From Octopus bimaculoides (lineage: Eukaryota), in NCBI RefSeq assembly GCF_001194135.2, contig NC_068981.1, positions 57,363,210-57,427,209 on the forward strand: a stretch of 64,000 nucleotides of DNA, written 5' to 3'. The notes beneath the pieces were generated by a model, which had not been told where the DNA came from, ran no database searches, and saw only the letters and a list, made by a program, of their open reading frames with translations. This document shows positions 12,148 through 25,700 of the stretch, in pieces; position 1 is the stretch's first letter; the number at the start of each line of letters is the position of its first letter. Made by a program: the position numbers and the translations under genes.

Positions 12148-12430
12148 ACATTATTTATATTTGACAGATATTTGTCCTCATCTTGCTCCACAGGCATATG
12201 GCATAGTGGTTAAGAGCGTGGGCTACTAACCCTAAGATTTTGAGTTTGATTCTAGGCAGTGACCTAAACAATAATAATAATAATAATAATAATATCAAAA
12301 ACCTTAGGAATGAGAACCAGGTTCAAAATTTTCCCAAGACACCTGATGAAGACTGGAGGGTATATCAGTAGAAACGTTGTGTTAACAAGAAACAAGATGA
12401 GGACAAATATCCATCAAATATAAATAATGT
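12148..12430 (+). mobile_element. Composite short element: 38-bp inverted repeats enclosing a tRNA-like Pol III head and a minimal hammerhead-like motif
   Basis: Inverted repeats at 12148-12185 and 12393-12430 (2 mismatches). A-box-like tggcatagtgg (~12199) and B-box-like gagtttgattc (~12242). Hammerhead-like gacac-CTGATGA-agactg...cagta-GAAAC-GTT-gtgtt at 12338-12383. Confidence 0.65.
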
Positions 12431-12487
12431 ACATAATTCCTCATCTCTTAAATATAGAACTGTAAAATTATTGTCTCAAAACGAAAA

Positions 12488-12493
12488 TTTATT
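12488..12493 (-). terminator. Polyadenylation signal (AATAAA) of the IRF gene
   Basis: tttatt on the + strand, ~75 nt after the TAA stop at 12571-12569. Confidence 0.6.
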
Positions 12494-12568
12494 ATATTCA
12501 AATAAAGTGAAAGAAAAACATTGAAAATGGATATTTTCAGTTATTCTTCAAAATTTCTTCCTCAGTTT

Positions 12569-12588
12569 TTATGTAGCCAAAAGTTCCT
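12569..12588 (-). CDS. IRF: IRF terminal coding exon 11 ((E)ELLAT*)
   Basis: Acceptor tttttgtattgttttacag|AG GAA CTT TTG GCT ACA TAA; phase 1 matches the previous exon; AATAAA follows. Confidence 0.7.
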
Positions 12589-15500
12589 CTGTAAAACAAT
12601 ACAAAAAGTTATATAGATATACAGCAAATATAAAAAAAGTGAATTAATTTTCACAGAATCATTACATTTAAAAGATGAGTGCGTCATCATCATCTAGCAT
12701 CCCTTGTCCATGCTGGCATGGGTTGGATGGTTTGACCAGGGCTGGCAAGCTGGAAGGTTGCACCAGACTCCAGTCTGATTTGGCATGGTTTCTACGATTG
12801 GATGCCCTTCCTAACACCAACCATTCCAAGAGTGTAATGGGTACTTTTACGTGCATAGGTGGTTGGGTTTTCTCCAGCATTATGTCACTCATTGTCAAAG
12901 TCTCTTATCATCTCTTTCAAAGCATTCAGTAACTTGGAACATGATGGAATCAGTTTCCACTATTTCATCTTATGTCTTTCTGGGATTCCCTCTACTGCAG
13001 GTTCTCTCCACTTCGAGCACTTAACTCTTTTCTATGCAGCTGTTATTCTCTATATGCATAACAGTCTTCTTTCTTGCACACTGATTGGATTCTTCTTATA
13101 TTCAGTTTTCTCTCAGTTATTTGTGATCTATTGTTCATACACACTGAAATAACATATCCAGCAGAGCATATTCACCTAATTTCTATCTTCACAAATCCTC
13201 TGCATTCAAAGTCAACATCGCTCTACCAAGCAGCATCAAAGTTTGTACACAAACATATTTCATGTTTATTATTGCTATTAATGATTCCTGTGCACCTATC
13301 ACAGCCTATATCTGATCCCACTACTATACTCTCTTCTCTGACAATCTGCTTATGATCCTACAGTGTAGATCTTAAGCATCCATACTTTACACTGATTTCA
13401 ATACATGGAATTTCTATCTTTGACTTTTCATCATATCAAGCATGACCAGTTCCCTGTTGGTAGCAGGGTCCTGTGTGTTTTCCTATGTACTATAAAACTT
13501 TAGTCTCTGTTAAGTCTACTTTAAGATTTTTCAGTTCTAGGTTTTGCTTCTAGATCTGGAATTTTATCTGTAAATCTCTTAGATTTACCAATAAAGTCAA
13601 ATCATCAGCATACAAGAGTTCACAGGGGCAACCAATCTTAAACTCTTTTGTTAGAGCCAGAGATTGAGTCCTAATGGATTCCTGCCTGCATGCAAAATCT
13701 GTCACTGAACTTTTAACTGACTCTCACTTTGCTGAATGTGCCTCTGTACATGAGTCGTATGGCGCCCACAAGCCATTCATCTACATCTAGTTTCCTAAGC
13801 AACCATCAGATTAGAAAGTAGCACCTTATTACATGCCTTTTCTAAGTTAGCAAATGTTGAAATGGTTTTGAAACATAATTATATTACCTTTAATTCTCAT
13901 AATTTCAGAACATTTTTTATCAACTGAGTCAGGTTCTGACATCTGTATTGAATTATGTGCCGTCAAATTCTGCATAAAAAATAAAAAGGAGGATATTGTG
14001 ATTAAACAATGGAAACAAAGAAAGCAATGAATTAACAGAAAATGTTGTAATAAACTAAATATTTCTGACAGTTTAATATTGTCATTCTGTGTTCTATAAT
14101 TAAATCCTGTGAAATTATTCCTTTACATTAAATAATTATTAGTATTGTAATGCTGGTGAGTCAATTAGTCAATTACGTATGCTTCTCTTTGTCAAACAAT
14201 GGTCGTGTACATGATCAAAAGAAATTGATATTTAGTAATCAGTCGAATCCTATAAGCAAGGCATACTGCTACATTTCTTTGAATGTGCCTAGATGAAAAT
14301 AACATAACAATATGTAAGCAAATGCACAAATTTGAAAAAGCATAAGAAATAGTAAGCTGCACTTAAAGTGGTTTGTTTTTATTTACGAGTTGTTTTTTAA
14401 CCCTTTTGTGACCATATTACTACTGAAATATACTACATTTGTTTCAATTAGTTTTATAATAATAATAATGACATTATTGCGTATAGTGCTCAGGTGCACT
14501 ACAACTGATCAAAGGTGCATGTACAATACATAGAATTATGTACAAAAGTTAGGAAAGTAAACAGTGTATGAGTCATGATATACATGTGTGCATCCATATG
14601 GAGTGGAAATATCAGGTGTAGTGTTCGTGAATTTCAGGAAGCATGGAGGTTTTAAAGGATGCAATGTCTCAGCAACTAACAACTGATGCAAGTAGTTTGT
14701 TCCATGCTTCAGCAACTCTGAGTGTGAAAAAATGTTTCTGAAAGTCATTAGAGCTGCGCTGTTTTCTGACTTTGTAGGCATGCCCACGTGTTAAACGCAT
14801 GGAGCTCAAAAAAATGTTCAAGTTGATATTTAATAATCAGTTGAATCCTGTAAGCAAGGCATACCACTATATTTTGAAAATAATGAAGAATTTGGTAAAA
14901 TAATTTTGTCATTATTAAGCTGGTGTTTGGAATATAAATTAATATGACATTTTGATAGAGGGTTTTAATTTAGATCACTTTAAAACAGAATTAACATTGT
15001 AGAACCAAGGGTATTCTTAGGTGGGTTGATCAAAAGGGTTCAAGGTTTTGTGATATTTGCAGCACTTCCAATAATTTTTTAAAGAGTCGCCAAAGTGTCA
15101 AATTTACAACACAAGTCCAAAACGAATTTTATTTTTAAACTAGCAGTATAACCCAGCTTTGCCAGGGATTAAGTTAGGATTATTAAGCTAATCAAGTTCT
15201 TTATTTCAAACCAAACTAAGTAACATCAACGTCAAATTTGGGCAGAATTAATGTCGCGACAGGAGCGCATGGGTTGGGAGTTTGAACGGCAAAGGTGATC
15301 AGGTTACACATGCCAGCCCTTTGAAAACACCACTCCCATCATCTAACCCTTCTTTGCCCATGGGTTGGGAACCCTTCCAGCAAGGAAAATAGAATGCCTA
15401 AAAGGGCTCCCGATTCTCTGTGTCAGAAGCAGATCACAATTAAGATCACAACTAAGTCTTAAGTATATGTATATATATATATATATATATAAGGGCAACA

Positions 15501-16473
15501 CACACATACACAGACGTACGTACACCAATTGCATACATGTTCGTATGTGTGTGTTGCCCATATATCAACAAAACACATTTTTCCTCGATGGAAAAAACAA
15601 CAACAAAAGTCTTAAAAACTTACTCGTCGCTAGAAGGGGACTTAACTCCTGTTCTAAACAATGGTGGTTTTCTCCAACTTGAAAATTGTTAAAAGTTTTG
15701 GTTGAAAATTTATTTTTACTGCTATTCGCTGGTGCCTCTGGGGAAAATAAGTTAGCGAAAATACAGCTAGGGTCATGACGAATGTCCTCCTAAAATTGGA
15801 GTGACATGCGTGCTAATTTGTGTACGTGCATAAATTACATTCACACACACACACGTCCTGCCTTTTATATACACAGATAACAAAATAACTTAGCTCCAGA
15901 AGGCAAAGAACACAGAACGCTAAAATATATAGACACAGTCAAACGCCCCTCCAAACACCCACCCACCACCACCACCACTTCCACCAATATTTTAGATTGA
16001 CGTCGGAGTTCTGATGTAAGGGAGACAACTTATTTCCTGTGATTAATATATTAAACACATGACTAAACTTCGAAAAACTGTTCCACGTCCGTTTTTAGCA
16101 TGGTAACATCTGTAAAATGAAGAAATGGTTACAACATTCTAAATTGAATGTATAAATAACTTACACATTGTTTAAGATATTCCTCTGCTAAATGACTTGT
16201 GACAGTGATGGATAATAATATACCATTCTGTAAATTTAAATCCGGGTAACAGCGTTGACCAACTGACATGAAAATATCGCACTGTGGAACAAACTTAGTT
16301 GTTCCGTTTAATCTTCCTGTTAAGAGTTCAGAGAAAATTGTGAAATCGAATATTTTCTCAGGTTTATTTCGTTCCAGATTCTTAGATTCTTGATTTTCCA
16401 TTTGACTAATATAAAAAACACGACACCTACAAATATTAAAAAGAAGTTATATAAAATCAATTTTAAAAGAGGA

Positions 16474-16510
<37 letters not shown>

Positions 16511-19500
16511 ATGCATCTATCTATATATACTATAATGGAGAAAGCTGCTTATTAATTAGGTGTGTAACAATTACTAAAAGTACTAAAAGCAATAATTAAA
16601 GGGTTGACCATCTGGAAATATTTTTATAAATTCATGTTTTAAGAAATTTCCTATAATTTCGATTTCTCAAGTTTATTGAATTTTTTTACTCCAATTTCTC
16701 ACGAATTTTAATATTCATTGCAATCACTGCATCCAATTCTTCACAAGTTTAAATATTTATTGCATTCACTGTGGAGTATTCCATTTCCCTTTGCCAAGTC
16801 TCTCACTTTCTCTTTTAAGTTTTAATTCGCTATTTGGAGAACTAGCAGTTTATTCTATTAATGTATACATAACATAAAAACATTATTTATTGAATGAAAA
16901 TTTTTTTAAATACCCGCATAATTTTTGAATGTGGGATAGCTGTGAGAAGGGGTAATTACTATTAGAAGACGAGGAGAGAAAAAGTCACCGACAAGTACTC
17001 AAAATTTGGTCCTTATTCAGTTTCCAAAAACTCTGTACCACTAAGCCAATATATACACAAACAAGTTGTACAAGCGACTTCAAAAGTCACACATACACAC
17101 ATAGATACGCATACACACAAATGAAAGGCAATGAATGTGTGTGTGTGCGTGTGTGCTGTTCACTGACAAAACATCGTGCTGCATCACTTTGTCGGTAGCA
17201 GGGTCCTGTGTGTTTTCCTACGTACTATAAAACTTTAGTCTCTGCTAAGTTTACTTTAAGGTTTTTCACTTCTAGGTTTTGCTTCTAGATCTGGAATTTT
17301 ATCTGTAAATCTCTTAGGTTTACCAATAAAACTAAATCATCAGCATACAAGAGTTCACAGGGGCAGCCAATTTTTAACTCTTCTGCTACAGCCTATAGGA
17401 CTTTGGCACAGAGAGCCAGAGACTGGGTTCTGGTGCACTCCTACATACATGCAAAATCTGTCACTGAACTTGTAACTGACTCTCTCTTTGCAGAATAAGC
17501 TTCTGTACAGGGGCTGTATGACCCTCAGAAACCATTCATTTACATCTAGTTTTTTTTAAGTAGCCACCAGATGCCTTTAACAAAGCTTGACATTTTAAAC
17601 TGTGCTCAGTCATGTGCAGTTCACTACTGAAAGAACACCATATAACTCATTGATGAGTATTTTATAAGTTTACTTTAAATTTATTGTTATGTTAAAATTG
17701 GCATTTTTAGTCTAGGAAAGGAGAGTCTTATATATCAATGAAAAAGATACAAGCTTTCACAAGTGCACAAATAAATACCTTTGTCACTTTTTTTCTTGAC
17801 AATGAAATTAATCACAAACAAGTGATCAGCGATTTTGTTGGATCTGTGTTCACAAATGCATGTAATAAAAAATAATTATTAAATACTGGTGAAATAACAG
17901 AACTGAATTTGTTTTTTATTCTTTATATATTATATTTCTTGCACTTGTTATTTTTATTATGTAATAGGATAGAAAGGCAGCAAGTTGGCAGAACCATTAA
18001 CATGCTAGGCATTTTGTCCGTCCTAACGTTCTAAGTTCAGATTTTGTCACGGTCAACTTAGCCTTTCAAAAAAGTAAGAGCCAATTGAGCTCTAGGGTCA
18101 ATGTAATTGACTTACCCTACCCTCGAAATTGCTGACCTTGTGCCAAAATTTGAAACCCTTATGTAATGGGACAGTAAGTAGAATACGGAGAGTGCCAGAC
18201 AAAAAAGCTTATAGTACTTAATCATGTCTCTTTAGATTCAAATCTTGCTGAGAGGTACTTTGCCTTTATCCCTCCATTGCTGATAAAATAAAGACCAGTG
18301 AAATACTGAAGTCAATTTAATAAACTGTGTCCTCTTCTAAAAGTTGTGGCCTTGTTTTGTCACAATGTTAGAAATTATTACTAATATTTTATATCATAGA
18401 AAGAAAAGCAAGAGACAGGAAGCAGAAATGAGTGGGTGTAATTTCTTAAAATAATTTTCATTCATTATCATTAAATGTAATGTTTAAAGAAAAAAAAATC
18501 AAGAGAAACACAAGAACAAGGAAAAATGAAAATGTATCAGAACAAGATATACATACTGGCAACTTCGTTCAGCAAAAATATTCATTCTATCATCAATATA
18601 GATGTGAATTCCCCGTGATAAGCCATCGATTAATTTTTTTCCAGATGGATGATGTGAAAGGTTATCTAACTGAAGGCAAAGAATGTTCTTTGATGTCAAC
18701 TTTAATGAGAAATGAAATGAAAAAAGAAAGACACAATTTAATTTAACAACAGTAAAAGTAGATAAGTATAAAATAATATAATCAGTATTTAGACAATGAA
18801 ACTTATACACACATAACAAAGAGCCTCTCTCTCAGAGTGAAAGGCAGGTTTGATGCCTGTTTGCAAACAGCTATGCTGCATGGCAGTGAAACATGGGCTA
18901 TAACAGCCGAGGACAAGCATAGGCTTGAGAGAAATGAAGCCAGTATGCTTTGCTGGATGTGCAATGTCAGTGTGCATGTTTGACAGTGTGTAAAATGTAA
19001 GCATCTTGAGAGAAAAGTTAGGTATAAGAGGAATCAGATGTGGTATGCAAGAGAGACAACTGCACGGGTATGGTCATGTGATGTGTGTGGACGAAGACAG
19101 TTGTGTAAAGAAGTGCTGATCTCTAACTGTGGAGGGTAGACCCAGGAAGACATGGGCTGAGGTGGTGAAGCATGACCTTTGAACCTCACGGAACCAATAA
19201 CTAGTGACTAAGACCTTTGGCATAGTGTCATGCTTGAGAAGACCCATCAAGCTGAGCAAAATCACAATGATGACAGATACTGGTGGCACATAAAAGCACC
19301 CATTACATTCTTGGAGGGGTTGGCTTTAGGAAGGGCATCCAGCCATAGAAAACCATGCCAAATCAGACTGGATCCTGGTGCAGCCTTCTAGCATGCCAGC
19401 CCAGTCAAACCGTCCAACCCATGGACATTGGATGTTTAATGATGATGATGATGATGATGATACATACACACACACATACATATATTACATTGGTGTAATG

Positions 19501-19712
19501 GTAGCACAATTATCATGAGGTGTGGGTTTGAGTCGCATGCATACGAAAAACCCACTGTTTCCCTCAAGGGCTTATATGCCCCAATATTAGACTATTTTCT
19601 TTAGTTGATACAGCATGATCACTTACAAGCTTTAAGCTTATAAAATATTAATATATAGATATATATTAATATAAAAAGAAGACATAAAAAATTTATCCCA
19701 AACACCCTGGTG

Positions 19713-19786
<74 letters not shown>

Positions 19787-22700
19787 CACACACACATAAA
19801 TATATACAAATGCATATTTAGAATTAATTTAGCAAAGACCAAAGTCCTAGTAAGTAGGAAATCCAACAAATCACAAATTCCTTCAGAGAGATGGCCCTGC
19901 TTGATATGTAAAAAAGGTGTAGGTAGAAACTCTATAACGTGTACATGGTGCAAGCTATGGGCACATAAGAGGTGCAGTAGCTTCTATGTGTGGTACATGT
20001 GCAGGTTTAATAAACAATAGGAATGTATGGAAAATAGACTTCGTCAGATGCCTGGTGGGATTCTTAGAACTAGTAGAGAGCTTCTGTTACTAGGTGACCA
20101 AACCAGCAGTGGAGGAGGATGCTCTGAGAGTGTAGCTGCTGGAATAAGAATGGGCTGGTCAAGGTTCAGAGAGCTTCTACTTTTGTAAGTAACAAAGGGC
20201 TTCTCCCTCAGAGTGAAAGGCAGATTGTATGATGCCTGTGTGCAAACAGCCATGCTACATGGCAATGAAACATGGACTGTGAATGCGGAGGACAAAAGCT
20301 TGGAAGAACTAAAACTACCATGCTCTACTGAATGTGCAATGTCAGTGTGCATGTATGACAGAGTGTAAGTGTCCTAAAAGAAAAATTGGGTATAAGAGGC
20401 ATCAGATGTAGTGCACAAGAGAGAAGACTGTGCTGGTATGGTCGTGTGATGCATATGGATGAGAACAGCTGTGTAAAGAAGTGCCAATCTCTTAATTGTG
20501 GAGAGAGCCTGTGAAAGAAGTAGACCCAGAAAGACGTGGCACAAGGTGGTGAAATAATATTTTTAGGTTGTTGAGACTCACAAAAGTGTTAACAAGAGAC
20601 TGAGACTTCTGGCAATTTGCTGTGCTTGAGAAAGCATGTCAAGTTAAGTGAAGTCATGGTCGTGGCCAGTTCTGATGACACACAAAGGGCACCTATACCA
20701 GTGATACATAAAAGGTACCCAAGCTGACGACACATAAAAGGCACTCATACTGGTGGCATAAAAGGTACTTAGTACATTCTGTAAGGTAGTTGATGTTAGG
20801 AAGGGCATCTAGCTGTAGAAACCAAGCCAAAACAGATGACTGGAGCTCTTCTCAAACTGTCTAACTCATGCCAGCATGGAAAACAGACATCGGATTTAGG
20901 TTTATTAGATGATGATGATTAGATGGTAGTGGTGTTAGTGGTGGTGGTGTTGGTGGTGGTCATGATGATGCACTAGTGATTGTTAATAACACTTTCCTAC
21001 ATTATTTGAGAAACTATGTTAAAAAAAATATATCTGCAAAATAAGTGAGAAAAAGGCAACCAACTTACAGACCCATCCATACAACAGCCAGTTTTAATAA
21101 CACATGAAGTGAAATTTCTCTCTCGATACTCAATTTGTGAACCAACTTTCACAGTCACGGTGAAATCTATAAAGCATAAAATATTTTGATAGTACTTATG
21201 CAAACATAAATCATCATTAACAACAACATTCTTCAGTCTAGTAAATTTAGTCCATATTAGCCACTTTTAATCCAGATTTAACAACAGGTCATGTTGGGAT
21301 GGAAGCCAAAAGCATTTATAGTAGTGGCAAAAATAGTAGGGGAGAAACAGCATATCTCCAAGTATCTTTATAACATGTTGGTGTAGTATAGCATGTTTGA
21401 GACTACTAATTTGTTTTATGGCCTTTTTATATGTGGTCTAGTATGCTTGCACGTGTAACAGCAGCACCACACTTGATATATGAAAAGTACTCTCTTGTGA
21501 GGTTATACCTGAGCTTTGTCAGTAACAGATCAAAGCTGAAATACTTTCTCACTCTGAAGAGGAAGCCTAGTCTATTGAATAGTTCTGGTAATCTTACATG
21601 TACAATAAACAGCTGGTCTTTTTGATCTCTAAACCTTTGCTCAAAATTTCATCTATTACTCCTCAGCTTCCTCTAATGCTCCCTGCATTGAGCGATTTAT
21701 TTGCTTCATCAATAGATACCTGAAGATTGGATGGTTGATTTATTATCTAGGATAACAAAAAAGGGAGGCCTTTGAGAGTATGGAAATTGGAGGGATATGA
21801 TGCTGAGCAGCACGGTACCGAGTGTGTTTGGTTTGGTTCGGTTATACTGAATAAGATTTAAATTCCATTGGAAAGTAATATTAAAGGATGCAAAAGTAGT
21901 CTTCTAGTAATCATGTGGTTGAAGTGGGTAGACATTTTTTGCTTGGACATCTTATACATCAATGCATTGATTTCAGATAGAATTTGATAATGGCTTTCAT
22001 AGATTTTGAAAAGGTATTTCTCTCTCTCTCTTTTGTTTTTTTTTTATAGTATACATAGGATTACACATAATAAAGAAAACTAGTGGAAATAGAAAAGAAT
22101 AAACTGAACGGATTTATGGAAAGTATTTGGCAGATTCAGACTATGTTGAATAAAATAATGTAGCAGGTCTTCCAAAAATCAGTGTTATCAGATGAATGAA
22201 GCAATAATTTGTATTGTTTTAAATAACATACCAGTTAAGCAATTAAGTGATGGTTGCGGCGAAGATGTTTCCATTTCTTCTTCTTCCTCTTCCTTGATTT
22301 CCTCATTGAATTCTGGAAAATATAAAAGAAAATATTATTTTTGTTTTCCATCAAGTAACATTGATAATGGTTTCAAATTCTGGCACAAGGCCAGCAATTT
22401 TAAAAGAAGGAGTAACTTGGCATCATCAACCCCAGTGCTCAAATAGTACTTATTTTATTGACCCTGAAAGGCGTTTGAATAACACTGAACACAAAGCCAG
22501 AAGAAAGCCTCTAAGTATTTTGTTTGGTGTGGCAATGATTCTGCCCACTTTCCTCATTAAGTAATATTAATACTAAAATTACTTTAAAAGCAGGTTTTCT
22601 AAATTATGTTCTAACACCAGCATTTTCTACTGACTACAATACTTTTAACATTCTTTTACCTTCTATAAATAATTTTTGTATGTTATGCAAGAAAGGAATG

Positions 22701-25700
22701 TCTTTTCGAATGTCTTTTCACGTGCCAGGAAGGCGACGTTGGTAACGGTCACGCTCAAATGGTGCTATGTGGTTGATTACTCCAAATTAGCTCTGATTAA
22801 GTAAACCTATGATCAAAAACCATGATCGTCCCATCTACTATTCAGATATAGCATATCTAGGAATTACATTGTCCACTGTGTCCTGCAAGGCAGCTGAGTG
22901 TGATTTTGAGGGATACTTAAATGTTGTTTCTAGCAGGTCAAGCAACCATCTACATACTGTCTGGCTAGCTCACATTTGAATGTGTTGAATGAGATGGTAT
23001 GTCCAAGAATAAGGTGTAGTCATAGGAATTAATTACTCATCATCATCATTTATTGAGTACTTAATAGTAGATTTTTGTGAATGAATTTTCATTCCAACCT
23101 TTGATCCACAGATGTGTTGTTTCTTCACTCTGCCTCTTTTTTTCACTGATACTAATGTGGCCTTACTTCTTGCAATTGACCAGTCACAGGCTATAATAGG
23201 TTCCATATAAGCTCATCTGTCTCTCTTCCTTTTATCACTCATATCGAGTCAACTACATCCAAGATCCTACACTAACCATTATCACTATTCATTCTTTCCC
23301 AGAATGTCATCCATTTGGAATTCCTTCTCTACCCATATTTTCCTTGAAGTTGTTCAAGAACATTCACCAAGCTTAGAGGGCAAAGGTTGTATATGCAGGC
23401 TCTTCTTCCAAACCTAATCATTTAATCAAGAAAAAAAAAGTATTTAATTCATATTAAAGGAAAAACAAAAAAAAATAACTTACCAGTTAGCAAAGTTGGA
23501 ACACTGTAACTGCACGTATCATTCTGCAGATATAATATTTAGGCATTACTATCAATACAAGAATAATAAACTACAATAATAGAATTTACTTTTTTTCAGA
23601 ATATTTAACAGTATCAAATTCCACTTGCCATACAGTGTGATAAAATATTTTATGTATATATAGTTTCAGTAGTTTTATAGATGATTAAACATACAAAATA
23701 AATGTACACTCAAGTTTATAAAATAAGATATTAACATTCTGTTCAGTTCAGAAAAGGCCTTGAAAATACAATACTATACTTTAATGGTGAATCTGACTGT
23801 TCTATAACTAGTCAATCATAAATGATGCATTTTTAACAAATGAATAGTTATAATTAAATGTAAAAATATGAATTAGTTTTACAATTTAATGAAAATATAC
23901 AATAATAATATTTTATGATAATGCTCAGGCATAATGATACTAAAAGCCAGTTATTAGAATCTATATATACTTACACACACATTTTGCTGTATATATGTAC
24001 AGAATGGTAACAACCATAATCGGGATGGCACCTGTGCCCAGCGTCGCCTTTCTGGCACTTGTGCCCGCAGCATGTGTAAGGACTTTCGAGCGAGATCGTT
24101 GCCAGTGCCCCTGGACTGGCTCTTGTGTGGGTGGCACATAAAATACACCATTTTGAGCGTGGCCATTGCCTGTATCGCCTGACTGGCCTTCGTGCGGGTG
24201 ACATGTAGAAGCACCTACTACACTCTCGGAGTGGTTGGCATTAGGAAGGGCATCCAGCTGTAGAAACTCTGCCAAATCAGATTGAAGCCTGGTGTAGCCT
24301 TCGGGTTCCACCAGTCCTCAGTCAAATCGTCCAACCCATGCTAGCATGGAAAGCGGACGTTAAACGATGATGATGATGATGATACAGTTTTTGGGAGTAT
24401 TTTTATCTTTGCTCAAGTGTAAAATTATGGTCAATGTGAAATAAGGAAGCATGTACATGAAGCTTTAAAGGTGTTGTTAAATGCCTCTGCAAGATACAGG
24501 GATTCATAAAACCAATTCTTGGCTTTAAAATTTATAATGTGATGCAGATAGAAGGTACATTTTCTTTTGTATATAACGCCAACCAATCTTGGGTAACGTT
24601 TCCAAAATATCTGGTGCTTCTACCCAACAAATTAGGTGATTTCAGATAAGTAAAACTGACTGCACTACCCCCACTCCACACTACACCACAAAAAAATTCC
24701 TACTGTAAATATAAATTTACTTGTCTAATATCTTGTCCTCTGATCCAACTTAAGTCTATTAAAAATAACAATACTTAGGAAAAAAAGTATCCACACCTAT
24801 ATCATGAGTAGTAAATAGTAACGAAAGCATCTAGCTGGCTGCAAAAATTCATTATTCCAACAAAACCAGAAGAATGTTCCCTTCTAACTGTAGTTGAGTA
24901 CAGGTAAGTTACAGGTGAAAAGAAGGTCTGGACATTAATGCTTAGTGTTTATTTTAGTATCTTACAAACCAACAAAGTGACCAAACGAAATCAGAAAATA
25001 GATATTTAATAACTAATTTGATATCATATATTTCTGAATTCCAATCCCACTAAGATAGATTTTACATTTTTATCTCTTTGGAATTGGTATATACAAATAA
25101 AATATTGTATTAAAGTGAAATGTCTTCGTTAAATAATGAATTATATTTTGCAAGTCAGTGTCACATATGAAGTAAACAAAAATAATATTTGATTTTATAT
25201 ACAAGAAAGATTATCAAAACATTTGAAGAACTCACATTATCGAAATTCATATCCTGAGAATATCCTTGTGGCTGTGTATAGGGTTTATAATCTACAAAAA
25301 TTGAAAAACATAAACAAGTAAATAAAAGCACATACATTTCCATTTAAATAATCATATAAATGAAAGTAAAGTGAATAACAATGTTATTTTTGTAAGAGGA
25401 GAGAGCATATATAATTTAATATGATAATTATTTTACCAAAACAGGGAATTGGAATGAAAGAAACAACTATATATGGATTGAATAAGGATACTCAGAATAA
25501 TTATGTCAACAATTATATGTGATATATCATAGTTAATGAATTAACTAGCTCTATTAACCATTTACCTTTACATCTTACACCCTCCTAACAATGTTGGGAC
25601 ACAAACAAAAAACACATACACACACCACACACACAACAGGCTTCTACACAGCTTCCATCTACCAAATTAATTCACAAGGCATTAGTTGGCCCAGGGCTAT

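Noticed and set aside
12193-12264. tRNA-like sequence (also the SINE heads at ~4005, 11430 and 36930)
   Set aside because: Acceptor and T stems do not pair properly and the sequence runs into repeat bodies; these are SINE heads, not tRNA genes.
14536-14787. 83-aa minus-strand ORF as an additional IRF exon
   Set aside because: No convincing splice sites or IRF similarity; exons 9 and 10 already join in phase.
24783-24890. Possible extra minus-strand exon between IRF exons 4 and 5
   Set aside because: The phase-0 frame required after exon 4 hits TAA within 12 codons.
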